Of a stretch of DNA of 64,000 bases, positions 22,612 through 35,362 are shown piece after piece. This DNA comes from Centroscyllium fabricii (taxonomy: Eukaryota), in NCBI GenBank assembly GCA_051313645.2, contig JBNRSN020000002.1:516832001-516896000 (forward strand), in the 5' to 3' direction. The notes under the pieces are model-generated. The model was not told the origin of the DNA, did not search any database, and saw nothing but the letters and a program-made list of their open reading frames with translations. How positions within the stretch are numbered: the first letter of the stretch is position 1; every line of letters begins with the position of its first letter. A program made the translations under genes and the position numbers.

Positions 22612-24270
22612 GAAATTTTTGAGGTTGCAACTAGCAGAATAGATAAGGGGGAACCAGTGGATGTGATATATTTGGATTTTCAGAAGGTGCCACACAAGAG
22701 GTCATTAAACAAAATGAGGGCTCATGGGATTGTGGGTAATACACTAGCATGGACTGAGGATTGGTTAACTGACAAAAAACAGAGTAGGAATAAACGGGTA
22801 ATTTTCGGGTTGGCCGGCTGTAACTAGTGGGGTACCGCAAGGATCAGTGCTTGGGCCTCGGCTATTCACAATCTACATCAATGATTTGGATGAGGGGACC
22901 AAATGTAATATAGCCACAAAACGCTGGAAAAACTCAGCAGGCCAGGCAGCATTCGTGGAGAGAGAAACCGAGTTAACGTTACAGCTCAAAGACCCGTTGT
23001 CAGAACTGCAAACAAGCAGGAAATGGAAAGTAGGTTTGGGGGCTGGGGAAAGCGGGAGGGGATGAAAGAACGAGAGGGAAGGTCAGTGATCGGAGAGAAA
23101 GCAGGAGAGATGAAGCGACATTGAGAGATATTCAAGGCAAGAGGAGGTGGTAATGGGGCAGGTTAAGGAACAAAGGACGGCTCCAGATGGGCTGTGAATT
23201 GCGCTGGCAGAATGAAGGACAGCTGGAGGGAGGGGAGAAAAAACAGCGCCAAAGAGTGTGGATAAAAAAAAGAAAATCTATTTCTGTGATAGGGGCCGAG
23301 GTCATGATCTGAAATTGTTGAACTCTATGTTTAGTCCAGAGGGCTGTTGAGTGCCTAATCGAAAGATGAGATGCTGTTCCTCGAGTTTACGCTGAGCTTC
23401 CGTGGAACAATGCAAGAGGCCGAGGACGGTGAGGTCTGAGTGGGAATGGAGCGGCGAATTGAAGTGACAGGCCACCGGGAGCTCGGGGTCCCCCTTACAG
23501 ATTGAACAGAGGTGTTCTGCGAAGCGGTCACCCAATCTGCGTTTGCTCTCCCCAGTGTAGAGGAGACCGCATCTCGCTGCTCACGTGTCCTTGTACACGA
23601 ATCACTGAACATTAACATGCAGGTACAGCAAGTAATTAGGAAAGCAAATAGTATGTTGGCCTTTATTACAAGAGGATTTGAGTATAAGAGTAAAGATGTC
23701 TTACTGCAATTGCACACCTGGAGTATTGTGAACAGTTTTGCTCTCCTTACCTAAAAAAGGATATACTTGCCATAGAGGGAGTGCAATGAAGTTTCACCAG
23801 ATGGATTCCTGGGATGGGGAGATTGTCCTATGAGGAGAGATTGAGTAGACTCGGCCTATATTCTCTGGAGTTTAGAAGAATGAGAGGTGATCTCATTGAA
23901 ACATGCAAAATTCTTGCAGAGCTTGACAGGGTAGATGCAGGGAGGATGTTTCCCCCGGCTGGGGAGTCTAGAACCAGGGGTCACAGTCTCAGAATAAGGG
24001 GTTGATCATTTAGGACTGAGATGAGAAATTTCTTCACACAGAAGGTGGTGAATCTTTGGAATTCTCTGCCCCAGAGGGCTGTGGAGCTCAGTCATCAAGC
24101 ATGTGCAAGACAGAGATCGATAGATTTTTGGATATTATGGGAATCGAGGGATATGGGGATAGTGCAGGAAGGTGGAGATGAGGTAGAAGATCAGCCATGA
24201 TCTTATTGAATGGCGGAGCAGGCTCGAGGGGCCAAGAGGCAGACTCCTACTCCTGTTACTTATGTTTTTA
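22612..24270 (+). mobile_element. CR1 LINE 3' portion interrupted by a Penelope fragment
   Basis: [48 protein letters not shown] and CR1 tail. Confidence 0.9.
22913..23580 (-). mobile_element. Penelope-like element 3' fragment (GIY-YIG endonuclease C-terminus and decayed hammerhead)
   Basis: ORF 23302-23535 RFAEH..PVACHFNSP.H..RKLEEQHLIFRLGTQQPSGLNIEF; hammerhead core at 22971-23007 mutated (CUGACAA / GUAA). Confidence 0.88.
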
Positions 24271-24846
24271 AGAAAGCTGGCTCCTCCTTGAAGAAAATGT
24301 AGACATCTTCTTTGTGAAGATTTGTCTTTTCTGAATTGCAGATTGACTTTACCCTAATGGCAGTGGGGTTTGACAGTTATTTCAGCAACATACTGATGAG
24401 AAACAATTGACACTGTTTGAATTTAGATTCACTTGATCCAGATTTAATGCTATCAGGTTGATGTGAATTGGAAGTAACCTGCAACATTCCCACTCGGTCT
24501 GAACTAGGTTGTGGATAGGATGTTATGAAATTACCAGCTCAGACAATGTTTTCCATAGCAGAACAAATGATCAGTGATTGGGATCTGAAAGTTTACACTT
24601 ATCGATTCAAATCATATTTCTGCATAGTTAGCTTTGAACTCGGGTTTTTATTTCTGGCCTATGGTTGATCTGCACTGCTTACACTTACAATTGTAATGTG
24701 GGAATGGTAGCATAGTGGTAATGTCACTGGGCGAGTAATCCAGAGGCCTGGACTAATGATCCAGAGACGCGAGTTGAAATCCCACCACAGCAGCTGGGGA
24801 ATTTAAATTCAATTAATTAAATAAATCTGGAATTAAAAAGCTAGTT

Positions 24847-25224
24847 CAGGTTGAGCACCGTTGATCCGGCACGGGCGGGACCAGGCCCGTGCCGGGAAAG
24901 TGAAAATCCCGAATGATTGAAGCTTCGGCGAGCGCATGCGCAGACCATTCAAAATGGCCGCCGTGAAAGGCTGGCAGCCATTTTGAGTGGTCTGCACATG
25001 CGTTTATCATTCGGGGAGTCCTGCCACAGCCCGCTATCGGCTCGGAGAGACCATTGTGAATGATCTGCGCATGCACTCGCCGTTCGGCGGCGCATGCGCA
25101 GATCATTTGCCAAAGCATGAATTGCGGTGGCCATTTTGCACATGCGCAGGGCAGTCGGAGAAATTATTACCGGACGTTCGAAGTTGCCAATTTTTCGGGT
25201 AACGGATTAACGGTGCTCAACCTG
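24847..25224. mobile_element. Tc1/pogo-type MITE
   Basis: TIR CAGGTTGAGCACCGTT(G/A)ATCCG; TA at right flank (left reads TT); same family as 37384-37743; contains GCGCATGCGC motifs. Confidence 0.88.
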
Positions 25225-25288
25225 TATTAGTAATGATAACCATGAAACTATCGGATTGTCGTAAAAACCCATCAGGTTCACTAATGTC

Positions 25289-25749
25289 AGGATAAAGCAG
25301 GCCGCTTGATTGGCACTCCATCCACCACCTTCAACATTCACTCCCTCCACCACCGGCGCACTGTGGCTGCAGTGTGTACCATCTACAAGATGCACTGCAG
25401 CAACTCGCCAAAGCTCCTTCAACAGCACCTTCCAAACCCGCGACCTCTACCACTTAGAAGGACAAGGGCAGCAGACGCATGGGAACAGCACCACCTACAA
25501 GTTCCCCTCCAAGCCACACACCATCCTGACTTGGACCTGTATCGCCGCTCCTTCACTGTCGCTGGGCCAAAATCCTGGAACTCCCTTCCTAACAACATTG
25601 TGGATGTACCTACACCATATGGACTGCAGCGTTTCAAGAAGGCGGCTCACCACCATCTTCTCAAAGGGCAATTAGGGATGGACACGAAATGGAGGCCTAG
25701 CCAGCCAGCGACGCCCACATCCCATCAATGAATAAAAACAATTAAAAAA
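25289..25749 (+). mobile_element. 5'-truncated copy of the same LINE family inserted in the element's own 5' region
   Basis: Matches about 28165-28575; AATGTC TSD (25283-25288, 25750-25755); A-rich tail. Confidence 0.85.
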
Positions 25750-25881
25750 AATGTCCTTTTAGGGAAGGAAATCTGCCGTTCTTACCTGATCTGGCCTGTA
25801 TGACTCCAGACCCACAGCAATGTGGTTGACTCTTAACTGCTCTCTGAAATGGCCAAGCAAGCCCCTCAGTTGCAACAAACC

Positions 25882-26130
25882 TGATGTGCCTTCAATAACT
25901 ACAAAACGAGAAGTTATAGACTTAAACAGAGGCTTTTAATCACTATGAATTGGAGCTCACATCTCGTCGGGCCGGCTGCCTCGCAGGAATGAGTCATACA
26001 AAACTTGGGTTCTTTATGTAAGCGGAGCCAAAGCCAATTCCTGGAATCTCCCAGGTTTAGTCAGGAAATAGGAAGTGAAACTATACACAGTGGGGGAGGA
26101 CAATATGTACAGCCAACAGATTTCATTACA
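25882..26130 (-). mobile_element. Solo LTR
   Basis: TG...CA termini, AAACC TSD (25877-25881, 26131-26135), ATTAAA on - strand near 25935. Confidence 0.8.
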
Positions 26131-29009
26131 AAACCGCTACGAAACACAATAATAAGAATGAAACCGGACAGACCACTCGGCATCGACCGGCAACGGCACA
26201 CCCAGCCCAGTTGACCCTGCAAAGTCCTCCTCAGCAACATCTGGGGACTTGTGCCAAAATTGGGAGAGCTGTCCCACAGACTAGTCAAGCAGCAGTCTGA
26301 CATAGTCATACCTTTCAGCCAAAGTCCCAAACTCCTCCATCATCACCCCTGGGTATGTCCTGTCCCACCGGTAGGATAGACCCACCAGGGGTGGTGGCAC
26401 AGTGGTATATAGTCAGGAAGGAGTGGCCCTGGGAGTCCTCAACATTGACTTTGGACCCCATGAAGTCTCATGGCTTCAGGTCAAGCATGGACAAGGAAAC
26501 CTCCTGCTGATCACTACCTACCGCCCTCCCTCAGCTGATAAATCATTACTCCTCCATGTTGAACACCACTTGGAAGGAGCACTGAGGGTAGCAAGGGCAC
26601 AGAATGTACTCTGGGTGGGGGACTTCAATGTCCATCACCAAGAGTGGCTCGGTAGCACCACTACTGACAGAGCTGGCCGAGTCTTGAAGGACATAGCTGC
26701 CAGACTGGGCCTGCAGCAGGTGATGAGAGAACCAACACGAGGGGAAAAACCTACTTGACCTCGTCCTCACCAATCTACCTGTCGCAGATGCATCTGTCCA
26801 TGACAGTTTTGATAGTAATGACCACCGCACAGTCATTGTGGAGACGAAGTTTTGTCTTCATGCTGAGGACACCCTCCATCGTGTTGTGTGGCACTACCAC
26901 TGTGCTAAATGGAATAGATTCAGGACAGATCTAGCAGCTCAAAACTGGGCATCCATGAGGCGCCGTGAGCCATCAGCAGCAGCAGAATTGTATTCCACTA
27001 CAATCATGGCTCGGCATATCCCTCACTCTACCATTACCATCAAGCTAGGGGACCAACCCTGGTTCAATAAGGAGTGTAGAATAGCATGCCAGGAGCAGCA
27101 CCAGGCATACCTAAAAATGAGGTGCCAACCTGGGGAAGCTGCAACACAGGACTACTTGCATGCTAAAAAGCGGAAGCAACATGCTATAGACCGGGCTAAG
27201 TGATCCCACAATCAATGGATCAGATCAAAGCTCTGCAGTCCTGCCACATCCAGTCGTGAATGTTGGTGGACCATTAAACAACTAATGGGAGGAAGGGGTT
27301 CCATGAATATCCCCATCCTCAGTGATGGTGGAGCCCAGCACGTGAGTGCAAAAGACAAGGCTGAAGCAACCATCTTCAGCCAGAAGTGCCGAGTGGATGG
27401 TCCATATCGGCCTCCTCCTGAGGTCCCCACCACCACAGAAGCCAGTCTTCAGCCAGTTCGATTCACTCTACGTAATATCAAGAAACAGCTGAGCGCACTG
27501 GATACAGCAAAGTTGGGGGGGGTTAATTTAATTCTCCACTGGCTGGAGTCTTACTGAGCACAAAGGAAGATGGTTGTGGTGGTTGAAGGTCAATCATCAC
27601 AGCCCCAAGACATCACTGCAGGAGTTCCTCAGGGCAATGTCCTGGACACAACCATCTTCAACTGCTTCATCAATGACCTTCCCTCCAACATAAGGGCAGA
27701 AATGAGGATGTTCGCTGATGACTGCAGTGTTCAGCGCCATTCGCAACTCTGCAGATAATGAAGCAGTCCATGCCCGCATGCAACAAGACCTGGACAACGT
27801 TCAGGCTTGGGCTGATAAGTGGCAGGTAATATTCGTGCCACAGAAGTGCCAGGCAATGACTATCCCCAACAAGCGAAAGTCTAAACACTGCCCCTTGACC
27901 TTCAACAGTATTACCATCACTGAATCCCCCATCAGCAACATCCTGGGGGTCACCATTGACCAGAAACTTAACTGGACCAGCCACATAAATACTGTGGCAA
28001 CAAGAGCAGGTCAGAGGCTGGTTATTCTGCGGCAAGTGTCTCACGTCCTGACTCGCCAAAGCCTTTCCACCATCTGCAAGGCAGAAGTAAGGAGTGTGGT
28101 GGAATGCTCTCCACTTGCCTGGATGAGTGCAGCTGCAACAACACTCAAGAAGCTCGACACCATCCAGGACAAAGCAGCCCGCTTGATTAGCACCCCGTCC
28201 ACCACCTTCAACATTCACTCCCTCCGCCACCGGCATATCATGGCTGCAGTGTGTACCATCTACAAGATGCACTGCAGCAACTCGCCACAGCTTCGGCAGC
28301 ACCTCCCAAACCTGCGACCTCTACCACCTAGAAGGACAAGGGCAGCAGACGCATGGGAACACCACCACCTCCAAGTCGCACACCATCCCAACTTGGAAAT
28401 ATATCGCCGATCTGACATAGTCGCTTGGTCAAAATCCTGGAACTCCCTCCCTAACAGTACCTTCACCACACAGACTGCAGCGGTTCAAGAAGGCGGCTCA
28501 CCACCATCTTCTTGAGCAATTGGGGATGGGCAATAAAATCTGCCAGCGACGCCCACATCCCATAAACAAATAAAATTAAAATTGATAAATATGTCAACTT
28601 GCAATGATTGAGTGTATGTTTACAGTTGCAGTGCACTCAGCCCTATAATGGCACCAACGTTTGGGTATTAATGGTCAAGAGCAGTTCAGGTAATTCTGGT
28701 TGTGTTGCTTTTCAATGAGCAGCTTACAAGTGCAGCCATCTAGTTAAAAATGAGCCGCAGTCCTTCATGAGTTCTAACTCCATTCATGGTGAAACTGATT
28801 CCACTTTAGCCTTCCTCTTTTTGTAAATATTAACTTAAGTAAGTTTTGCCCAGCTTCTGTTTGATGGGACAGGGACTACTGCGTTACAGGTCTTGATTCT
28901 TTCTGTATGTGCACATCATGGTTTATTGATGATGTGGCATTTTGGTCACCTGAATTCCTAACTGAATATTTTGATTACATGAGATTACATTATTGTATAA
29001 AGTAAGTAC

Positions 29010-29239
29010 TGTAGCGCCGGCAGGCCTAGGAACCACACGTGAGCCAGAGCTTTATTACACTAAGTCAAAACAAGAAAGAGAGTGAACCACTCGAGACAGG
29101 CATATTTAAACGGTCCCGCGGTTGGTGACGTCATCGCGTCGGCCGACGTGGTGACGTCGTCGCGTCACCCGGATGAGCGGGGCTTTGCTCCGCGGAGTCC
29201 CCGTGGCGGATTCGATGTCCCAGTGGGCGTGCCGCCACA
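29010..29239 (-). repeat. 3' LTR (230 bp)
   Basis: TG...CA; direct repeat of 33196-33438; contains TGACGTCA, - strand TATA-like TTTAAATA and AATAAA. Confidence 0.95.
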
Positions 29240-29281
29240 CAGCTCCCCCCAGAATCCGTCCGGGAGGAATAGTGACAGTGT

Positions 29282-29925
29282 CTATGTATGCCGTTGGGGT
29301 GGCCGGATAATGCGGCCGGACCGTGTTGCTTGTAGCCTCTGGTTCTGCGGTGGAGTGTGGGCGGGTTTTGTTGCGGGAGGGCGACCGCGTTGTGGTGGTT
29401 GTGCGGGGACCGTAGTCTCGCCCGCTATCACGTGTGCCGGCTTGAGCCGGTCTATTGTCACAGTGTCAGTCCTGCTGCCCATTTGTAACTCGAAAGCTTT
29501 AGCTCCCGCCCGAAGCACTCTGTAGGGGCCATCGTAAGGTGGCTGTAGTGGAGATCGGTGTCCGTCGCGCCGGACGAACACGAATTTCGCATTTTTAATG
29601 TTGTCAGGTACCCGAGCTGCCGGCTCTCCATGCCGGGCCACTGGTAGTGGCTGGAAAGCTCGTGCCGGGTTGGCGAAATCTTTTAAATACTGCTCGGCTG
29701 ACCAGGGAGCGTTGGGCTCAGCCAGGAACTCGCCCGGCACCGTTAAAGTTTGGCCGTAGATGAGCTCCGCTGCCGAGGTGTTGAGGTCTTCTTTGACTGC
29801 CGAGCGCAGCCCAAGGAGGACCCATGGAAGGCGGTCGGTCCACGATGCGTCTTTCAGTGTGGCCCGTAGTGATGCCTTCATCGAGCGGTGGAACCGTTCG
29901 CATAGGCTGTTCGCCTGTGGGTGGT
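29282..29925 (-). pseudogene. pol: Integrase C-terminal half, frameshifted relative to the main ORF
   Basis: [16 protein letters not shown] (E of DDE), W...LPWVLLGLRS, GPY/F module PYDGPYRV, VTIDRLKPA. Confidence 0.9.
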
Positions 29926-32900
29926 TCGGTGTAGTGTCACCCCGAGGTCGCGGGTGATGGCCGCCCATAATGCCGACGTAAATTGGGGTCCTCTGTCGGA
30001 GGTGATGTCTGTGGGCACGCCGAAGCGGGCGACCCAGGTGGCGATGAACGCCCTGGCCAAGTCCGTGGTGCCGGTGGCGGTGAGGGAGACTGCTTCTGGC
30101 CAGCGAGTGTTGCGGTCGACCATGGTCATTAGGTGCGTGTGGCCCCGGGATGGCGGTAGTGGCCCGACGAGATCGATGTGGACATGGTCAAAACGCCTGG
30201 CCGGTACTTTAAAATTTTCCAGCGGTGCCCTGATGTGCTTATGCACTTTGGAGCGCTGGCAGGCTATGCAGGAGCTGGCCCAGGCGCGGACGTCCTTGCG
30301 CAGGCCGCGCCATACGAATCGGGCCGATATTAACTTAATGGACGCGCGGGTGCCGGGGTGGGACAGGTCATGGAGGGTCCTAAATATATGTTGCCTCCAA
30401 GCGTGGGGCACGACTGGCCTGGGTTGCGGTAAGGATACGTCGCAGCAGACGACGGTGGCAGCGGGGCCGTGCGCGATATTGGCCAAGTGGAGGCCGGGGA
30501 GATTAGTTGCTGCGTTGAGTGGGTCGGCCAGCTGGTCAGCGGCCAGCTGGGCGTAATCGACCGCCATTTGGGCGGCGTTAATGGTGGGGCGTGAGAGGCA
30601 GTCAGCGACCACGTTGTCGCGGCCGGAAATGTGCTGGATGTCGGTTGTAAATTCCGACACGGCCGCGAGTTGGCGCTGCTGCCTGGCCGACCAGGGTTCA
30701 GCGACCTTAGCCATCGCAAACGTGTGTGGCTTGTGGTCGCTGAAGGCTGTAAAGTGGCGGCCCTCCAAGAGGAAACGAAAATGTCGCACCGCCAGATGGA
30801 GAGCGAGTAGCTCCCTATCAAAGGCGCTGTATTTAACCTCTGGGGGTCGGAGTTGCCGGCTGAAAAAGGCCAGGGGCTGCCACGAGTTGCCGGTCCACTG
30901 CTCAAATACGGCCCCGACCGCATGGTCGGAGGCGTCGGTGGTGAGGGCTACTCTGGCGTTGGGCCTAGGGTGGGCTAGGAGGGTGGCGTTTGCCAGGGCG
31001 GTTTTAGTTGCGGTGAAGGCGGTGTCGGCGTCGGCCGTCCACTCAACCGCAGCCTTATTGGACTGCCCGCGGGTGGCCTGGTATAAGGGGGCCATGAGAG
31101 CGGCTGCTCCCGGGATAAAGCGGTTATAAAAATTAACCATGCCTAAGAATTCCTGCAGCCCTTTAATGGAGTGCGGGCGGGGGAATTCTTGTACCGCCTG
31201 CACCTTAGAGGGCAGGGGTATGGCCCCTGTTTGGGAAATGCGGTGGCCGAGGAAGTCAATGGTCTCGAGGCCGAATTTACATTTAGTGGGGCTTAAGATA
31301 AGGCCGTGTTCGGTAAGGCGTTGGAACAGGGTCCTGAGGTGCAGGAGGTGTTCCTGGGGGGAGGTGCTGGCCACGAGGATGTCGTCTAAATAGACGAAGA
31401 TGAACTTCAAGTCCCGTAGGACCGAGTACATGAGGCGCTGGAAGGCCTGGGCCGCGTTTTTAAGGCCGAAGGGCATCCTAAGGAACTCGAAGAGTCCGAA
31501 GGGGGTAATGACGGCCGTTTTAGGAATGTCCGCCGGGTGCACCGGAACCTGGTGGTAGCCACGCACCAGGTCGATCTTAGAAAAGATCGTACAACCCGCT
31601 AATCTGGCGGAAAAATCCTGGATGTGGGGTACGGGGTACCTATCCGGGGTGGTGGCGTTGTTAAGGCGGCGGTAGTCGCCGCAGGGGCGCCAGCCTCCGT
31701 CGGGCTTGGGGGCTATGTGGAGCGGAGAGGACCAGGGGCTGCTGGAGCGGCGGATAATGCCGAGTTGTTCCATAGTGCGGAACTCGGTGCGCGCGATCTC
31801 CTGCTTGGCCGGGTCGAGCCTACGGGCGTGGGCATGGACTGGCGGGCCTGTGGTAGTTATAAAATGTTCCACCCCGTGTTTGGCCTTGCGGGCGGTGAAC
31901 GTGGGGTTGGTTAGGGCGGGGAACTCTGCCAGGAGCGTGCCGTAGGCATCGGAGTCCCTGGAGCGGCATTGGGCTGCCGCGTGAGCCAGGAGTGCGGGCC
32001 CTGTGGAGCATGGGATGGTCGTCATGGTATTTATATTTACCAAGCGGCGCCGAGTTACATCGACCAGTAGGCCGTAGGCGCAGAGGAAGTCTGCCCCGAG
32101 GAGGGGGGAAGTGACCTGGGCCGTTACAAAATCCCAGGTGTACGCGTGGCTTGCAAGGGTTATAGTTAGCTTGCAGGTGCCGTACGTTTTTATGTTGGAG
32201 CCGTTGGCTGCCGCTAGTGGCGGGCCCTGGGTACCTCGTTTGGTTTCTGCAGGGGAGGCTGGCACGATGCTGTGCGGCACGATGCTGTGCTGCGCGCCTG
32301 TGTCGCAGAGGAACCTGAGGCCTGTGCCGCTGTCTGTGGCGAAGAGCAGTGCTCCTGTGTGGCCTACAGACATGGTGGGAGCTGAGTTGGGCCGTGGCTT
32401 GAACGCGCATGGCTGGACGCAGCGGTGCGCTTTGTGTTCGAACCGCGTGTGGTAGTAGCACCAGCTGGTGCTAGAGGGACGCGGTTGTCTAGGCGGGCGC
32501 GGGGCCCTAGGTTCAGGCGTAAAGTTAGGCCTGGGGGGTGATTGGCTGCGCTCTACCGATGCGGAGTTGGGGTCGCACGTGGTTGAGTGGGTACGCTGCG
32601 CCTCCATGAGCCTGTCGGCCTCCTCTCCGAGCTCGTCATCGCTCCGGTGGCCAAGGGCCGCCAAGGCCGGTCTGATGGCGCGGGGCAGTTTAAGGAGGAA
32701 GACGGTGCGGAAGAGGGAGGCCAAGTTGGGTGTGAGCGCTTGCATCTGACCTAAGAGGTCCGATGGGTCTGTGTCCCCGAGTTCGGGGAGGTCGAGGAGC
32801 TGGCAGTCGCGCTCGAATTGGGAGGGGGTAAATTTTTTGATAAGCGCGGCCTTAAGCGTTTCATACCTGCCTGCGACGGGCACGCGCTGTATTTTTGACC

Positions 32901-33108
32901 ACATCCGATCAATCGTCGTCTGTGGTAGGGCTGAGAACACCAGGTCGTAGCGGTCGTCCCCTTGGATGCCATGTGTGCGGCAGCTGGCCTCAATGCAGAC
33001 GAACCAGGCCGCTGGCCGTTGCTCCCAGAACTCGGGTAGAGTTAGTCCACGTCCGGCGTTCTGTCCAGCTCCTTGCGTTCGTGGAGCTTGGTTTCTTGGG
33101 TTTACCAT
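29878..33108 (-). CDS. gag-pol: Gag-Pol polyprotein (Gag, PR, RT, RNase H, integrase N-half)
   Basis: LPEFW..PAAWF Gag N-terminus, CHCC motif CYYH-x9-C-x3-C, LCDTGA, YLDD, TDAS, HHCC, HIDLVGP, SDRG; first ATG downstream of the PBS at 33108. Confidence 0.93.
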   Translation of the reverse strand: MVNPRNQAPRTQGAGQNAGRGLTLPEFWEQRPAAWFVCIEASCRTHGIQGDDRYDLVFSALPQTTIDRMWSKIQRVPVAGRYETLKAALIKKFTPSQFERDCQLLDLPELGDTDPSDLLGQMQALTPNLASLFRTVFLLKLPRAIRPALAALGHRSDDELGEEADRLMEAQRTHSTTCDPNSASVERSQSPPRPNFTPEPRAPRPPRQPRPSSTSWCYYHTRFEHKAHRCVQPCAFKPRPNSAPTMSVGHTGALLFATDSGTGLRFLCDTGAQHSIVPHSIVPASPAETKRGTQGPPLAAANGSNIKTYGTCKLTITLASHAYTWDFVTAQVTSPLLGADFLCAYGLLVDVTRRRLVNINTMTTIPCSTGPALLAHAAAQCRSRDSDAYGTLLAEFPALTNPTFTARKAKHGVEHFITTTGPPVHAHARRLDPAKQEIARTEFRTMEQLGIIRRSSSPWSSPLHIAPKPDGGWRPCGDYRRLNNATTPDRYPVPHIQDFSARLAGCTIFSKIDLVRGYHQVPVHPADIPKTAVITPFGLFEFLRMPFGLKNAAQAFQRLMYSVLRDLKFIFVYLDDILVASTSPQEHLLHLRTLFQRLTEHGLILSPTKCKFGLETIDFLGHRISQTGAIPLPSKVQAVQEFPRPHSIKGLQEFLGMVNFYNRFIPGAAALMAPLYQATRGQSNKAAVEWTADADTAFTATKTALANATLLAHPRPNARVALTTDASDHAVGAVFEQWTGNSWQPLAFFSRQLRPPEVKYSAFDRELLALHLAVRHFRFLLEGRHFTAFSDHKPHTFAMAKVAEPWSARQQRQLAAVSEFTTDIQHISGRDNVVADCLSRPTINAAQMAVDYAQLAADQLADPLNAATNLPGLHLANIAHGPAATVVCCDVSLPQPRPVVPHAWRQHIFRTLHDLSHPGTRASIKLISARFVWRGLRKDVRAWASSCIACQRSKVHKHIRAPLENFKVPARRFDHVHIDLVGPLPPSRGHTHLMTMVDRNTRWPEAVSLTATGTTDLARAFIATWVARFGVPTDITSDRGPQFTSALWAAITRDLGVTLHRTTHRRTAYANGSTAR

Positions 33109-33195
33109 GTTTTCTGATAAAAGTCTTTGGCTGGTGGTCCCAGATCCTGCGGCAGCTTTTCTTCTCTGGAAGTCGTTCCAGTTTGGGGTCACCAC

Positions 33196-33438
33196 TGTAG
33201 CGCCGGCAGGCCTAGGAACCACACGTGAGCCAGAGCTAGAGAAAACACAGCTTTATTACACTGTCAAAACAAGAAAGAGAGTGAACCACTCGAGACAGGC
33301 ATATTTAAACGGTCCCGCGGTTGGTGACGTCATCGCGTCGGCCGACGTGGTGACGTCGTCGCGTCACCCGGATGAGCGGGGCTTTGCTCCGTGGAGTCCC
33401 CATGGCGGATTCGATGCCCCAGTGGGCGTGCCGCCACA
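33196..33438 (-). repeat. 5' LTR (243 bp)
   Basis: TG...CA; adjacent to the PBS. Confidence 0.95.
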
Positions 33439-34297
33439 GTACCATACTTACTCCATGTTGCACTTTATACCCGCCACCTCACTACCAGCAACTTCTGGAG
33501 AATCTGCTAATATCTAAATATAAATAATTTTAAATTGCAAAAAGTGCCAAAAGGCCCAGTTTAATTTTCCTTCATATATTACAGGAATATACTTGAATCT
33601 TGCTACAGAATAAGGTTTGTTTCCCCCCACCCCCCCAGATTATTCAGATTGAAAGGTTAATGGTTAAGATGACACCAATATCAACATTTGTTTAAATAAT
33701 TGTGTAGAATCTGCATCATTGAAAGACTAACGTACAATAATGGGCATTAAGAAGTAAATTACAAGGGTGTAATCTAATCATGGAGTTCACATGATTTCAT
33801 AAGCTTGCAGTTCAAGGGGTTTAGAAATGCTCTCTCAATCCTGAGATTAGATTAGTTTTAAAATACTCTTTGCTATGTTTTTCACAAAGTACTGTATTAG
33901 ACAGGCCGTCTTTCATGTAAATGAAGGTGCTGTTGTGGTTTTTATATATTTCCATATGCGAAGGATATCTATTAACTTAAATTTAGTCAATACTTGTTGA
34001 TTTCAGGGTAACTTGCCTCCCAAACCTTGAGGGAATGGGTTCTACATGGTGGAAATTTGTCTACTTGTGCGGTCGACCAGATTGTTATAACCTACTTTAA
34101 CCTTCCTGAACCCTATTTATGGATTTCAACTATTTAAATGGAATTTTGGACTTCAGCAAGCTCCTCTGAATTGCACACTGTATATTTGATTGCTGAGAAC
34201 AGATTATTGGACCAATCTCTCAAAAATATGCAGCAGGAGATAGAGCAAGATACAGTAATGTGGTTCAGTCTTGACCCAGTTCCCAATGGTTATTCCA

Positions 34298-35200
34298 TAT
34301 TTTTTATTCATTCAAGGGATGAGTGTTGCTGGCATAGCCAACATTTATTGCCCTTCAGAAGGTGGTGGTGAGCCGCCGCCTTGAACCGCTGCAGTCCCTG
34401 TGGTGAAGGTACTCCCACAGCGCTGTTAGGTCGGCAGTTGCAGGAATTTGACCCAGCGACGATGAAGAATCAGTGATATAGTTCCAAGTCCTGATGGTGT
34501 GTGAATTGGAGGGGGATTTGGAGGTGGTGATGTTCCCATGTGCCTGCTGCCCTTGTCCTTCTAGGTGGTAGAGGTGGGGGGTTTGGGAGGTGCTGTCGAA
34601 GAAGCCTTGGCGAGTTGCTGCAGTGCATCTTGTAGATGGTACACACTGCAGCCGTGTTGCGCCGGTGGTGGAGGGAGTGAATGTTTAAGGCTGTGGATGG
34701 GGTGCCAATCAAGTGGGCTGATTTGTCCTAGATGGTATTGAGCATTTTATGTGTTGTTGGAGCTGCACTCATCCAGGAAAATAGAGAATATTGCATCACA
34801 CTCCTGACTTGTGCCTTTAGGGAGTCAGGAAGTGAGACACTTGCTGCAGAATACCCAGCCTCTGACCTGCTCTTGTAGTGACAGTATTTTTATGGTTGGT
34901 CCGTTGAATGTCAAGGGGCGGTGGTTAGCCGCTTGCTTGTTGGAGATGGTCATGGCCTGGCACTTATGTGGCATGAATGTTACCTGCCACTTATCAGCCC
35001 AAGCCTGAATGTCATTCAGGTCTTGCTGCATGCGAGCATGGAATGTTTCATTATCTGCAGAATTGCGAATGGCACTGAACACTGTGCAGTTAATAGCGAA
35101 CATCCCCACTGATGAGCTCATAATGGAGGGAAGGTCATTGAAGCAGCTGAAGATGGTTGGGCCTAGGACACTGGCCTGAGAAACTCCTGCAGCGATGTCA
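34298..35200 (-). mobile_element. 3' portion of the second CR1-group LINE family
   Basis: Peptides MQQDLNDIQAWADKWQVTF and NIHSLHHRR..AVCTIYKMHC match 27718-28515. Confidence 0.88.
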
Positions 35201-35362
35201 GTTTGTCAGCCTCAAGACATAAAGTTAGCTTATGGGAAATGAGAAACTTTACACTGAGGTAACGGTGTTTGTAAGGTTTGAGTTAAGATGGTTGTTGGCA
35301 GAAGTTGAGAGAGATTTGCCCTGCCTTGTGCATTTCGAGTGCTTGATACTTACACTGGGTAT

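Larger units (their letters stand above)
24700..28580 (+). mobile_element. CR1-group LINE (second family) with tRNA-like head, APE and partly deleted RT, carrying three nested insertions
   Basis: A box TAGCATAGTGG 24708-24718, B-box-like GTTGAAATCC 24773-24782; APE KVLLSNIWGL.., YRPPS, VGDFNVHH; RT AGVPQG, MFADD; A-rich tail. Confidence 0.82.
29010..33438 (-). mobile_element. Full-length CsRn1-clade Ty3/Gypsy provirus
   Basis: Two near-identical LTRs, GTAC TSD (29006-29009, 33439-33442), PBS TGGTGACCCC (tRNA-Trp type) at 33185-33194, PPT GGGGGGAG next to the 3' LTR. Confidence 0.96.

Noticed and set aside
22971-23007. Hammerhead motif in the 22.9-kb Penelope fragment
   Set aside because: Both conserved boxes are mutated (CUGACAA, GUAA), so not called as a functional RNA.
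29082-33517. Long + strand ORFs antisense to the Gypsy provirus, and similar shadows of CR1 and the first Gypsy
   Set aside because: Expected stop-poor shadows of GC-rich coding sequence, with no recognisable domains.
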